From the NCBI GenBank assembly GCA_024636855.1, contig JAGXGG010000042.1:536-64535 (forward strand): a stretch of DNA of 64,000 nt, read 5' to 3'. Numbering within the stretch: the stretch's first letter is position 1; every line of letters starts with the position of its first letter. This document shows, in pieces, positions 9,789 to 19,879 of this stretch. The notes beneath the pieces are model-generated. The model worked only from the letters and a program-made list of their open reading frames with translations, was not told the DNA's origin and did not search any database. Made by a program: the position numbers and the translations under genes. Origin of the DNA: Ignavibacteriota bacterium. GTDB taxonomy: Bacteria; Bacteroidota; Ignavibacteria; Kapaibacteriales; UBA2268.

Positions 9789-11771
9789 GTGAAGATGAAA
9801 AAAATCCTACTGATTTGCTCTATTATTGTACTAGCTCTCGGCCAAAGCTTTTCGGCCGAGCCAAAGCTAATATTAGTTGAGCAAATGACTACTAGCTCGA
9901 ACAATAGCCCTGACTTATTACCAATAGCGAACCAATTTAACAATATAGTGAATGGTAGTGTAGAGGTTATTCCTTTGACAATACACATGAATTTTAACCC
10001 AGATTTATTCTGGGAGCAACGCAAAGATTTGTCCGACAGAATACTAATGTATAAAAAGCAAAATGAGCAATTTCCTATTCCTAGTTTCTATGTGAATGGT
10101 TCAGAGGTAGTTGGCATCCAAGGGCTTCAAAATAAAATCAATACCCAAAAAAATCAAACTTCTCCTATCAAAATGAAAGTACAGGTTGGTACAAATACCG
10201 ATAAGTTCTTTTTCGTAGAAGTGAAAATGGATTTGGATACAGTGTTACAATCTTCGGATGTACTTTTCTGTGCTTTGATAGAAAAACACATAGTAGCACC
10301 ACAAGTGGGTAACACTAACGAATCTGATTATTATTATGTAACTAGAAAGATTGATTTGCAACCAACAGGTGGAGCGAAAATTACCAGAAATGATCTTGGT
10401 TTCTCTGGCAATAGATTCGATTTTAACATGGAAGACTATTGGAATTTGGATGAGATTTACGCTATCGCATGGGTGCAAAATGGAGTTACTAAAAAAGTAC
10501 TGCAAGCTGAGAAAGTAAAAATATATAATGAAGACCCTAAAATAGCAGCTAATAAGGATACTGTAAAATTCAATGATACTAACAAGAATGAAGTTGAGAC
10601 TATAGAAATTTACAACAATTCGATGAATTACTTAGATATATCAACTATCGAACTAGAATCTGATGCGAATTTCTCTGCTAAGTTTATAGCTGCTGAAACA
10701 AGAATCTATCCAGGGATGACTAAGCTAATTGATGTTAGTCTAAAGAACCAAGAGACAGGTGAGTATAGCACAAACTTAACTATCAAATCTAATGCAACAA
10801 ATATTCCAGATATGGTAATACCGATATATGCAAAAGTAGAAACAAGTGACAACCCTATATTGACTACAGATGTATCTACTATAGATTTTGGTAAAGTATC
10901 TAAATCTCAGAAAGAAGTTGTTAATATAACTAATACTGGAAAAGGACCATTAAAAATTAGTTCTGTAGATATATTAGATAATGAAGATGGTGTATTCAGT
11001 ATATTGAACACTGAAATACCAGATATTAAAGAAACAGAGACTTTATTCCTTCAAGTGAATTTCAAACCGAAAGAAGAAATAAACTATTTTGCTACTTTGG
11101 TTATAAAATCCAATGCTAGTAATGAGTCTTCTTATAGCATTACTCTAAGAGGTCAAGGCGATAATTTACAACAGTTCTCTTCTATCCAAGTGGCAACTGA
11201 TAAAGTTGATTTTGGGACTACAGATTTCATTGAGCCTGTTAGAAAATCAGTTGTGATAGAAAATATTGGTAATATAGATTTGGTGTTGAGTAATAGTGAA
11301 ATAGAAGACAAGGATATGGATGGAGTATTCAAATTCGTAGGGGGTTCTAGTAAAACTATTGCTGCAGAATCTCAAGATTCACTTGTAATTGAATTTCTAC
11401 CGAAGGACAACAAACTATATACTGACAAATTAATAATCCGATCTAATAATACTGATGCTGCACTAAGAAGAATAGAGGTACCATTAGAAGGTATGGGTGA
11501 CGGTGTGTCATCAGTAGAAAGCTTTATCAGAGATTTCAAAGTTAGCTATTTCAACCAGACTTTAGTTGTAGAGAATAGCAATGAAACCGTTAGCACAATT
11601 AATGTTTCTTTTTATGATTTAAGTGGGAATTTATTGAATAAGCAGAATTCGAATATTGGTATTGGTAATATAAATATAGCAACTAGTGAACTAAGCCGTA
11701 ATCAAGTTATTATATATAATATTACTTCTAATGGTAAGGTAATCTGTGCAGGCAAGTTCATAAACAACTAG
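9789..11771 (+). CDS. Secreted multi-domain protein: Omp28-related/thioredoxin-like N-domain, three Ig-like (choice-of-anchor-D/ASH-like) repeats, weak T9SS-like C-terminus
   Basis: Signal peptide. The ORF-track start is GTG at 9789, and the likely true start is ATG at 9795, preceded by AAAGGTG. Three repeats of the pattern [VI]DFG/KFN...I.N.G...L.IS...F...L.I+SN. The N-domain LILVEQMTTSSNNSPD resembles the L-x-E-x-F-T-x-x-C-x-x-C-P motif. Confidence 0.6.
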   Translation: MKMKKILLICSIIVLALGQSFSAEPKLILVEQMTTSSNNSPDLLPIANQFNNIVNGSVEVIPLTIHMNFNPDLFWEQRKDLSDRILMYKKQNEQFPIPSFYVNGSEVVGIQGLQNKINTQKNQTSPIKMKVQVGTNTDKFFFVEVKMDLDTVLQSSDVLFCALIEKHIVAPQVGNTNESDYYYVTRKIDLQPTGGAKITRNDLGFSGNRFDFNMEDYWNLDEIYAIAWVQNGVTKKVLQAEKVKIYNEDPKIAANKDTVKFNDTNKNEVETIEIYNNSMNYLDISTIELESDANFSAKFIAAETRIYPGMTKLIDVSLKNQETGEYSTNLTIKSNATNIPDMVIPIYAKVETSDNPILTTDVSTIDFGKVSKSQKEVVNITNTGKGPLKISSVDILDNEDGVFSILNTEIPDIKETETLFLQVNFKPKEEINYFATLVIKSNASNESSYSITLRGQGDNLQQFSSIQVATDKVDFGTTDFIEPVRKSVVIENIGNIDLVLSNSEIEDKDMDGVFKFVGGSSKTIAAESQDSLVIEFLPKDNKLYTDKLIIRSNNTDAALRRIEVPLEGMGDGVSSVESFIRDFKVSYFNQTLVVENSNETVSTINVSFYDLSGNLLNKQNSNIGIGNINIATSELSRNQVIIYNITSNGKVICAGKFINN

Positions 11772-11794
11772 CGGCATCACAAAATAGAATTCAA

Positions 11795-11830
11795 AAAAGA
11801 GCTACCAAATTGGTAGCTCTTTTAGTTTTA
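11795..11830 (+). terminator. Bidirectional intrinsic terminator between convergent genes
   Basis: The stem AGAGCTACCA (11799-11807 region) pairs with TGGTAGCTCT (11811-11820) around a 3-nt loop. It is flanked by an A-run upstream and a T-rich tract downstream. Confidence 0.7.
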
Positions 11831-11871
11831 TTAACCACAGATGTATAAAATTCTGAAAAACTAATGTAGTG

Positions 11872-12117
11872 TTATATTTTCTTTTTGGCTAAGTTCTCCT
11901 GTACTCTGAACTCAACAATTTTAGTTATTAGCTCAATGGGGAGAGGCATAGTAAATGGGAATTGTACAGAGCCTTTTGCCGTTTTGTAGTCAACAAGCTC
12001 ATCTGCGAAATGAGAAATAGCAGAAGGTGATGGGTAGAATCCTATATGGCTCTTAGCTGCAGCAAACCCAAATAGATTGCCATTTATTACATATTTGAAT
12101 GTCTTATTCTCAGGCAT
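11872..12117 (-). CDS. DUF1801 (YdhG-like) domain protein, apparently N-terminally truncated
   Basis: GNLFGFAAAKSHIGFYPSPSAISHFADEL...KGSVQFPFTMPLPIELITKIVEFRVQE matches the C-terminal two-thirds of DUF1801 proteins. The usual ~40-aa N-terminal part is missing. Confidence 0.55.
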   Translation of the reverse strand: MPENKTFKYVINGNLFGFAAAKSHIGFYPSPSAISHFADELVDYKTAKGSVQFPFTMPLPIELITKIVEFRVQENLAKKKI

Positions 12118-12168
12118 ATTCAGCCAAGGTAGTAAGAATTGAGGTTGGAAAAGCCGAAACAGTTTTTG

Positions 12169-12652
12169 TCATACTCTAACTTTTGTTATGTCTGCATCTG
12201 TTATAGTAGATATATTAGATTTAACTGGGAATTTATCGCCAATTCTCTCATATCCTTTATCTTTGAATGAAATCTCAAATCCACCTTTCTGGTAGAATCC
12301 TTGCATATCAACAACTCCATCCATACCAATTAGTTGAATTTGGGCGTAATCTACCGATTAGTGCGTCACGTCTCTCGTGCCAGTGCTTTCTAGCGAATCC
12401 TGCAGCCCTGTACTCAGGTTTCACTATGAAAAACCCCATAAAACCAAAGTCTTTATTATACGATACTATAGAGTCACCAGCTATTAACTCCCAATTATGA
12501 TGGTAACCGTAGTAACCATCGGGGTCTGTAAGCTAGTAAACTTCTGCATCATAGGGAACTGGATTCCAACCTTCTTGCTCTGCCCATTGGACTAGTGTAT
12601 GCAATCCTTCGTAATCCATCTTTTGAAATTTGAGTTCGTATTTATCTATCAT
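12169..12652 (-). pseudogene. Disrupted GNAT-family N-acetyltransferase (in-frame TAG plus a frameshift, 3' part lost)
   Basis: The reverse complement from ATG 12650-12652 reads MIDKYELKFQKMDYEGLHTLVQWAEQEGWNPVPYDAEVY, then TAG (12533-12535). It continues LTDPDGYYGYHHNWELIAGDSIVSYNKDFGFMGFFIVKPEYRAAGFARKHW. The remainder (IGMDGVVDMQGFYQKGGFEISFKDKGYERIG) lies in another frame. Confidence 0.7.
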
Positions 12653-12667
12653 TTATTATTTCGAGTA

Positions 12668-15238
12668 TTATTCAACTATTAATTTACCAGTGTGTACTTT
12701 ATCGCCGCTAGTTATTTGATAAATATATGCCCCACTTTGAATATTCTTATTGAAATCCAATGTTAGAATATGGTTGCCAGAAGTTATTAATCTATAATCT
12801 TTTTTCTGGAGCAATCGCCCATCAAGAGAAAGCAATTTAATCTCATATTCTAAACTGTTTGCGTCTATCCCAAACCGAACGTAATTTGTAGCTGGTTGAG
12901 GGTATATGGATATACTGTTGCCAAGATTACCTTCCTCTATTATTGATGATAAAACCGGATCAGTAGTTTCAAAAATCGGAGTTTCGCTATAGCGAATTCC
13001 TTCAGTATTTGTGGAATAGCACTGTGAAAGTTTTGGCTTTTGGAGATTCTCAAATGAATTACCCAGCTCAGCTTTATATTTTTCTAACCATTCACCATCA
13101 TCTAACCTTGTAAAGTTATCAGTAGTGAAATCATAAAAGCTATAAACAGGACCAGAATAAATAGTCTTTTCCCCATCATTATTCTCTGTAACTACACTGC
13201 ATAGATTCACAGGTCCAGTGGCTATATGTTTTACCCAACCAACCATTTCGCCGCCTTCATCTGTTGGGGAAGTATGTATGTCAGCTACTGATAATTGAGG
13301 GTCTTTGACTTTGTCGATGTACCCTCTTCTTGTAAGCTCTATTCCGTACATCAAATCTGACATCCAGCCAGTGAAAACCTCTTGACTGGCATCACAATCC
13401 CAATTACTACAATCAAATAGAATCCTTCTTAAGAAGATATTGTCCTTCTCAGAAATTGGTTTTTTAGAATGGACTTTTTTTGAAATTGTCTTAAGTGTAT
13501 CATATAAGTTTATCATTTTCATTGTTTCGTAAGCAAACCTTTTAAAATAAACAGTATCTTGAATGAATGTAAATATGTTAATCAGTCTTTGAAAAAACTC
13601 AGGGGATGGCTCTAAATAAGCATCTGGATATTCACAAATATTAGCCCCACTTGTAGGTTGTTTACCATGCAAGATATAGTCGTGTCGTAGTTCTGCCCAC
13701 GAGGATAGTTGCGTAGTAGCCGTCTTCTGTTGCCAAGCTGCTGTTGTCTCATAATCATGGGTTGATTCTCTTTCAACTTGAGTATTTGCTGGGTTTAAAC
13801 TGCGGAGAGCACCTAGCCAGTTTGTATATACATTCTGTCCCCAGAATGATTCATCATATCCATCTATTAAGTAGCGTACCGAAGCAAGATTGGGAGAATA
13901 GTTGAAAGCGTTCAATTCATCTTTCAAACCATTCAGCACAGCATTATTACCCAAGGCAAATAGTACATCCATACTATTGGGAAGCATTCTTTTTACTTTC
14001 TCATTCTTGTGTATTATATTATCAAATACTACTTTGGAAGTGATAAACCCATCTATTAGAGGTCTCTGACCTAATGTCAAAAAAACTGCACCGGCACCAA
14101 TTTTCTTTATTGTATCTCTACTAAAAAGAATAGATGAATTATAACTCTGAACTGATGATTCCAATTCTAATAAATCATTTCTTATTTGAGTGATATTTTC
14201 TTTAGCAAATAGGTCTTCGTAGCTGAATTGTAGTTTCTCCAGTACATTATTTGTTTCGTTATAAGTTATATTGTCTTGTCTGCCTACAAGTACTTTTAGC
14301 CGATTGTCAATAATATCCAAGTGTTCTTTTGCACCTGATTTGTCTATTAATTGAGATATGAAAGCAGCAAGTCGAGTTTGTCTATCCAAATCCTCTTCAT
14401 CAAGCTCAAAAAATACGTTGTTCTTTGGGTTTTCTATATATATGTTGATATGACCTAGCCAAATAATTGCTCTGAAATACCCTTCTAATGGCTTGTAGTC
14501 ACTAAATGAGTTTCGTAACTCATCATAGAATCCTCTCGGCTTGAATAGAGAGAAATCATACTTCCTATTAACTTTGGAGAATAACTTAACCTCTGCTAGT
14601 TTTTCATTATAAACCAAATCTAATAACTCATTTGCCTTTTCGCTAACATTACTATCTATTTCGTATTCTGCCTGTGGAATATTTAAATTTCTAGCCACAG
14701 AAATATAAGTTTTAGCGTCATTTATCATGTTTGTAAATTCCTCTTCATCCCTATTACTAACTGATTCCATCTCATCAATTTCAATTAAAATGCTGTCTAA
14801 TGCCTTAGATAATTCACTTCGGTTATCATATTCTATCGATTTGAAAAGCTCTTTGAATGTTACGTGTAGTGTGTTCAAGAATAAATCGTTTGAAAGATAA
14901 ATAGGTAAATCTTTCTTCCATATTTCATACAATCCATGAACGAATGTGGGGTAAGCAAACCTCTCAGATACAACGAATGAATTTTGCTCCAGTACACCAA
15001 TTTCATCATTGCTATAATTCAGATTTTTATTTGATAATGAGTAGTATAATATACTATCCAATAAAACAGAATCTGAACTGTAGAAAGGGTCAGAGGGGTA
15101 TAGTGCTTTCAGCTCATCATAAGTAAGATTTTCTGTTTGCTTGAGAAATACTTCGTATTTCTCTACGTCAAATTCGGACGAACGTGCTATATCCGGAGAT
15201 AGAGCTAATATGCAAAAAATTAGTAATAGTGATTTCAT
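12668..15238 (-). CDS. Secreted DUF3160-like protein with T9SS C-terminal sorting domain
   Basis: Signal peptide. The FKPRGFYDE motif resembles the PRGHY motif I associate with DUF3160. The C-terminus ISIYPQPATNYVRFGIDAN...GAYIYQITSGDKVHTGKLIVE is T9SS-type. Confidence 0.6.
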   Translation of the reverse strand: MKSLLLIFCILALSPDIARSSEFDVEKYEVFLKQTENLTYDELKALYPSDPFYSSDSVLLDSILYYSLSNKNLNYSNDEIGVLEQNSFVVSERFAYPTFVHGLYEIWKKDLPIYLSNDLFLNTLHVTFKELFKSIEYDNRSELSKALDSILIEIDEMESVSNRDEEEFTNMINDAKTYISVARNLNIPQAEYEIDSNVSEKANELLDLVYNEKLAEVKLFSKVNRKYDFSLFKPRGFYDELRNSFSDYKPLEGYFRAIIWLGHINIYIENPKNNVFFELDEEDLDRQTRLAAFISQLIDKSGAKEHLDIIDNRLKVLVGRQDNITYNETNNVLEKLQFSYEDLFAKENITQIRNDLLELESSVQSYNSSILFSRDTIKKIGAGAVFLTLGQRPLIDGFITSKVVFDNIIHKNEKVKRMLPNSMDVLFALGNNAVLNGLKDELNAFNYSPNLASVRYLIDGYDESFWGQNVYTNWLGALRSLNPANTQVERESTHDYETTAAWQQKTATTQLSSWAELRHDYILHGKQPTSGANICEYPDAYLEPSPEFFQRLINIFTFIQDTVYFKRFAYETMKMINLYDTLKTISKKVHSKKPISEKDNIFLRRILFDCSNWDCDASQEVFTGWMSDLMYGIELTRRGYIDKVKDPQLSVADIHTSPTDEGGEMVGWVKHIATGPVNLCSVVTENNDGEKTIYSGPVYSFYDFTTDNFTRLDDGEWLEKYKAELGNSFENLQKPKLSQCYSTNTEGIRYSETPIFETTDPVLSSIIEEGNLGNSISIYPQPATNYVRFGIDANSLEYEIKLLSLDGRLLQKKDYRLITSGNHILTLDFNKNIQSGAYIYQITSGDKVHTGKLIVE

Positions 15239-15487
15239 GTTTTCCTCTTTTTGTCAATCCTATATCTATATAGACACATGAACACATTTTTTGTCTCAAA
15301 TTTGACAAAGATTTTTTATTTCACAATCACTTTTTTCATTCTATAGATATATTCTTTGAAAGTAGTGTATCAACAAATATATTGAAAATATACAGATATA
15401 CTTTCTTTTCTCCCCAAATATCCCTAGTAATCTCATCATTAGTTATATTGCTAACTGCAGCATAGTAATAACCATAACTTTTAGATA

Positions 15488-16786
15488 ATGAACATAGATA
15501 TAACCGAAGAATTCAAAAAAGCACTCAATATATTAGAAAACACAAACGATAGTATTTTCATCACGGGTAGAGCAGGCACAGGAAAGTCAACTCTACTGCG
15601 TGAATTCACTCGCAAGACCAAGAAAAACTTCGTGGTAATTGCTCCTACGGGTATTGCGGCTCTGAACGTGGGTGGTCAAACAATACATTCATTCTTCCGA
15701 TTCAAACCCGGTAAGCTAGAGATAGAAAAGCTGAAAATGGATTACAGAAAAGACCTATTCGAAGAGATAGATACTCTGATAATAGATGAAGTGTCGATGG
15801 TTCGCTCGGATATGATGCACGGAATAGATACGGCATTACGACTCAATAGGAACCGCCCAGCTGAGCCATTCGGTGGTGTGCAGATGGTATTCATTGGGGA
15901 TTTGTATCAACTGCCACCAGTTATGAGAAATGATGAACAGGACTATATACTGAAAACGTATGGGGGAGAGCAGTTCTACGATGCGCCAGTATTCAAAGAT
16001 TACGGCTACCACTTCATAGAGCTGACCCAGATATTCCGTCAATCAGAAGATGAGGTCGTCTTCAAGCAATTATTAGAGAATATTAGGATAAACTCTATAA
16101 ACGATAGTGATATTCAATTGCTCAACTCTCGTCACAAAAGTAAAGTAGGCATACCAGAAACTGCGACATTTCTTACCTCTATGAGAAGAACTGCATCGAA
16201 TATTAATCAGAAAAAACTAGACCAGCTAACTAGTACAGAACATGTATTTACTGGTGAGTTATCAGGGAAATATGCTAAATTAGCTGAGCAAGGTGAAGAG
16301 CAATTAGAAAATAAGCTGCCAGCTCCATATAAGCTGAAGCTACGTGAAGGAGCACAGGTTATGATGCTCAAAAATGATCCAGGTTTCAGATGGGTGAATG
16401 GCTCAGTAGGGAAAATCACTAAAATCGACAAAAAAGATATATACGTAGATATAAATGGAACGGAGCATCTAGTAGAGCCAGAATCATGGAGAGAAGTTAA
16501 GTTCGAGCTAAACCGAGACACTGACAAAATAGAGCAATCCACTGCTGCAGAGTTCACTCAATACCCACTGCAATTGGCCTATGCTATAACTATACATAAG
16601 AGCCAAGGCAAGACGTTTGATAATGTAATAATAGACGTTGGATATGGTGCATTCGCCCATGGTCAAGTATATGTTGCCCTTAGTCGCTGCCGCTCACTAG
16701 GTGGTGTAGTGCTTAATACTCCAATCCAAAAGAAAGACATAATTGTGAACCAGCGAGTAGCTAAGTACTATCAGAAAATGGGGTAG
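15488..16786 (+). CDS. pif1: Pif1/RecD-family SF1B DNA helicase
   Basis: Walker A GRAGTGKST and Walker B LIIDEVSMV. The motifs GDLYQLPPV and AITIHKSQGKTFD, together with the ~430-aa size, match bacterial Pif1-like helicases. Confidence 0.85.
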   Translation: MNIDITEEFKKALNILENTNDSIFITGRAGTGKSTLLREFTRKTKKNFVVIAPTGIAALNVGGQTIHSFFRFKPGKLEIEKLKMDYRKDLFEEIDTLIIDEVSMVRSDMMHGIDTALRLNRNRPAEPFGGVQMVFIGDLYQLPPVMRNDEQDYILKTYGGEQFYDAPVFKDYGYHFIELTQIFRQSEDEVVFKQLLENIRINSINDSDIQLLNSRHKSKVGIPETATFLTSMRRTASNINQKKLDQLTSTEHVFTGELSGKYAKLAEQGEEQLENKLPAPYKLKLREGAQVMMLKNDPGFRWVNGSVGKITKIDKKDIYVDINGTEHLVEPESWREVKFELNRDTDKIEQSTAAEFTQYPLQLAYAITIHKSQGKTFDNVIIDVGYGAFAHGQVYVALSRCRSLGGVVLNTPIQKKDIIVNQRVAKYYQKMG

Positions 16787-16859
16787 GGTGGTAATTAACA
16801 ACATAATTTCTTATATTTCGTAATTATTAGAAGACAACTTTTTCTAAAAGGTAAATTAA

Positions 16860-17066
16860 ATGAAAGTATTACTAGACATACCTGATAATGAGTCCAACGA
16901 ATTTCTGGCAATTGTATCTACTTTTAAGAATATAAAGCTAGAAAAATTGACTGAAACAAAAGCTCAGATTATAAGTGAGCTATCTGAGTCTATTCGAGAT
17001 GTAAACTTAGCAATACAGGGAGAACTGAAGCCGAAATTAGCTCGAGAAATCTTAGATGAACTGTGA
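16860..17066 (+). CDS. Putative antitoxin of the adjacent RelE/ParE-family toxin
   Basis: 68-aa acidic helical protein. It overlaps the toxin gene by 11 nt and is preceded by AAAGGT. The assignment rests on position and size only. Confidence 0.5.
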   Translation: MKVLLDIPDNESNEFLAIVSTFKNIKLEKLTETKAQIISELSESIRDVNLAIQGELKPKLAREILDEL

Positions 17067-17385
17067 TATTTATACTGTAGCACCCTTCGAACGGCAAGTC
17101 AAACGACTCTCCAAAAAGTACCCATCTTTGAAAGCAGACTTGCTAGAATTAATCACCAAATTAGAAAACCAACCCAAACTGGGCACAAGTTTAGGTAATA
17201 ATTGTTATAAAATTAGAATTGCAATTACTTCAAAAGGCAAGGGTAAAAGTGGTGGTGCTAGAGTTATAACATATTATTTAACATCCGAAAATGCTGTTTA
17301 TCTGCTTTCAATTTTTGATAAATCTGAGTTTGAAACGATTGCCGATTCAGTCCTAAAAGAATTACTAAAACTAATTAAGACATAA
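17056..17385 (+). CDS. Type II toxin-antitoxin system RelE/ParE-family toxin
   Basis: 109 aa. The motifs CYKIRIAI...GKSGGARVITYY...VYLLSIFDKSE are typical of the RelE-like family carrying the KSGG-x-R-V/I-I motif. Confidence 0.75.
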   Translation: MNCDIYTVAPFERQVKRLSKKYPSLKADLLELITKLENQPKLGTSLGNNCYKIRIAITSKGKGKSGGARVITYYLTSENAVYLLSIFDKSEFETIADSVLKELLKLIKT

Positions 17386-17541
17386 TAGTAAACCAACGCG
17401 TTTCTAAATACACCCAGAAAATGGGGTAAGGATAAACGACTAATTTTACAATCCGAAATTATTTTCACTTGAAATTGTAACAAATCAGACATTGATTTGT
17501 TAATTTGTCTTAACCTATTTTTTCTAATTGAGGACAAATTT

Positions 17542-19878
17542 ATGAAAAGAGTTATTCTACTTCTTGTAGTACTACTATCTACTAGCTTAGTACAATCTCA
17601 ATCGTTTGAAACAAACTATAATTATTTCAATTATTCAGCATTCGCTGTCGATGATGTGAATTTCTATATAGGTCTCAAAAATGGATTAGTAGTCCAGAAC
17701 AAAGAAACAGGTGAAGCTGAGTTTTATAATGCTCTTAATTCTAATCTTTTGTCTAGTTCTATTGAGGAAATAGAAATATATAAAGGGGATGTTTATCTGA
17801 GTAGCCTAAGTGGACTATACAAATTTGCCGATAAATCTTTAAATAGAGTTGAAATGGGCAAAGAGGATATACGAAAGTTACAAGTAATTGACGATAATAT
17901 TTGGACTTTTGATGCAAAATCAATTTATAAGTACGATGGGGTAGAAGTTAAAGAATGGAAAATAGATGAATTAGTCGAATTCGGTTTTGAATTATATGAT
18001 TTGATATTATATAAGAATTATGCTTGGATTTCGTACAAAGGAGCTTCTTATGACAATAAATATTACTATTCAGGTGGGAAAACTACAAAGGACTATCGCT
18101 TTATACTATTAAATTTAGATGATAGCTCTGTTCTTACTTTCACTGATGAAGAGAGGGGCTATGAAGAATGGAATGCTGTTTCATTCCAAATTATTACAAA
18201 TGATGAAGTATGGGTTTCATTAGGTAGTAGCATTAGCTACATATATAGTATAAAGGATAATAATTGGCGTGAGAACGAACATATAAACCTAATTCCAGAT
18301 GGTTATCAACTACTATATGGTCATGCAGTAAATGATAATAATGGGGACGTATGGTTTACAGTAGTAAATCAGAACCAAAATTGGATGATAGCTGTTTACA
18401 ATTATGAATCTAATACAGTTGAAATGAAATTCCCAGAAAAAGCTAAAGATTCTACATTCAAACCATATTCTTATCGTTTGTTTAATGGTAAAGTTGTAGC
18501 AGAAGGTGTAAATGGATTCTACTTTATAGATGGGGATAAAATAGAGACTATTGCCGCTTCAAATTTCTCAGATGAATATCTTAACAAGTCTAAGATATTC
18601 AAGAATGGCGAAAACTTCTATATGATGTTGACTGAATGGTACTCACCTAATATCTATGATAGGATTGTGAATATAAAAGAGAAAAAAATTATTGAATACA
18701 CTTTAGACAAAGCTTCTACAATTCCTACTCCTTCGATTAATGCTTATGTACAAGATAACCAAACAAAAATGATAAAAGGAAGTACTGATTATGTTTATAA
18801 AGATAATAAGTGGATAAAAGAAAGAGATTTAGATTTGAAAATATCTGTACCTAATATATTGTATGATAGATTTAGTAACGGAGATTTAGCTGTATCTTAT
18901 GGTAAATTATTTAGCATAATCGATGATCAACTCTTGTTATATGATAATATAAATAAAGCTACTTCTGAGTATAATACAATTCATGATTTTAAAATTTATA
19001 ATGATAAAATGTATATATATGGTAGCTATTTAAGGGAAGGCGAAAATTTGAATGCATTTGTTTCTGTACTAGACAGAGATAATAATGAGCTGTTTATTTA
19101 TGATGAAATGAATTCTTGTATACCTGACTTTCGTAAACAGGGTACAATAATAACACGCTATATAGATTCTGTTCCAGAAGCTATTGAAGTTGATAATAGA
19201 GGAAATTTGTGGATTCTTACTCAACAAAGTCTTTTCATAATAGATGAGAATTTGAACTGTACTTATAGAGACGGATTGATGGAAAGCCCAGGGGACATAG
19301 TTGATTTTAATCAATTGGGATATTCTTCTGCCCAAGATAAGATGTATGGTTATGCTAATAATATTCTTTTCAATTTGAATAGTGAGACACTAGATTCGAT
19401 CAGTACGACTACTTTGGGACGCAATAAAATTGTCTTCTTTGGGGCATGTTCTGATGGCTATGTATATGTGACTACTGATAAAGGTGAGCTTTTTAGATTG
19501 AATTCAATAACGGATTGGACACAGATAGAAGTTGTACCTAGTAAAAAAGAGCTTGACTTTAATTTCAAACACGTATCCTATTTTCAAGATACTTTGTACC
19601 TTTCAACAGATTTAGGATTATTCAAAATTGGTGCTACAATTACCTCTGTAGAAAATGACGAAGGTTTAAATAATAGTATATCAGTATTCCCTAACCCATC
19701 GGCAGACTATATTACTTTGGAAAATATTGCTCCGAACTCTACTATTCAGATACTTTCGCTTTCGGGCAGTATAGTAAAAGAAGTAAGAGCTGAGAACAGG
19801 ATCAATGTTCGCGATTTATCTTCAGGCGTATATGTGATAAAGGTAGGGGAGAAAGTCCAGAAATTTGTGAAGTATTAG
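17542..19878 (+). CDS. Secreted beta-propeller-like protein with T9SS C-terminal sorting domain
   Basis: The likely start is ATG 17542 (MKRVILLLVVLL signal peptide). The ORF track extends to an upstream non-ATG start at 17497. The C-terminus ISVFPNPSADYITLENIAPNSTIQILSLSG...GVYVIKVGEKVQKFVKY is T9SS-type. Confidence 0.65.
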   Translation: MKRVILLLVVLLSTSLVQSQSFETNYNYFNYSAFAVDDVNFYIGLKNGLVVQNKETGEAEFYNALNSNLLSSSIEEIEIYKGDVYLSSLSGLYKFADKSLNRVEMGKEDIRKLQVIDDNIWTFDAKSIYKYDGVEVKEWKIDELVEFGFELYDLILYKNYAWISYKGASYDNKYYYSGGKTTKDYRFILLNLDDSSVLTFTDEERGYEEWNAVSFQIITNDEVWVSLGSSISYIYSIKDNNWRENEHINLIPDGYQLLYGHAVNDNNGDVWFTVVNQNQNWMIAVYNYESNTVEMKFPEKAKDSTFKPYSYRLFNGKVVAEGVNGFYFIDGDKIETIAASNFSDEYLNKSKIFKNGENFYMMLTEWYSPNIYDRIVNIKEKKIIEYTLDKASTIPTPSINAYVQDNQTKMIKGSTDYVYKDNKWIKERDLDLKISVPNILYDRFSNGDLAVSYGKLFSIIDDQLLLYDNINKATSEYNTIHDFKIYNDKMYIYGSYLREGENLNAFVSVLDRDNNELFIYDEMNSCIPDFRKQGTIITRYIDSVPEAIEVDNRGNLWILTQQSLFIIDENLNCTYRDGLMESPGDIVDFNQLGYSSAQDKMYGYANNILFNLNSETLDSISTTTLGRNKIVFFGACSDGYVYVTTDKGELFRLNSITDWTQIEVVPSKKELDFNFKHVSYFQDTLYLSTDLGLFKIGATITSVENDEGLNNSISVFPNPSADYITLENIAPNSTIQILSLSGSIVKEVRAENRINVRDLSSGVYVIKVGEKVQKFVKY

Positions 19879-19879
19879 A

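Noticed and set aside
12267-12500. 77-aa plus-strand ORF in the apparently gene-free gap.
   Set aside because: It is antisense to the GNAT pseudogene. The minus-strand reading gives long stretches of recognisable acetyltransferase sequence, which explains the region better.
15239-17541. Mobile genetic element or defence island around the Pif1 helicase and the TA pair.
   Set aside because: No integrase, transposase, tRNA target or direct or inverted terminal repeats were seen. The flanking genes are ordinary chromosomal genes.
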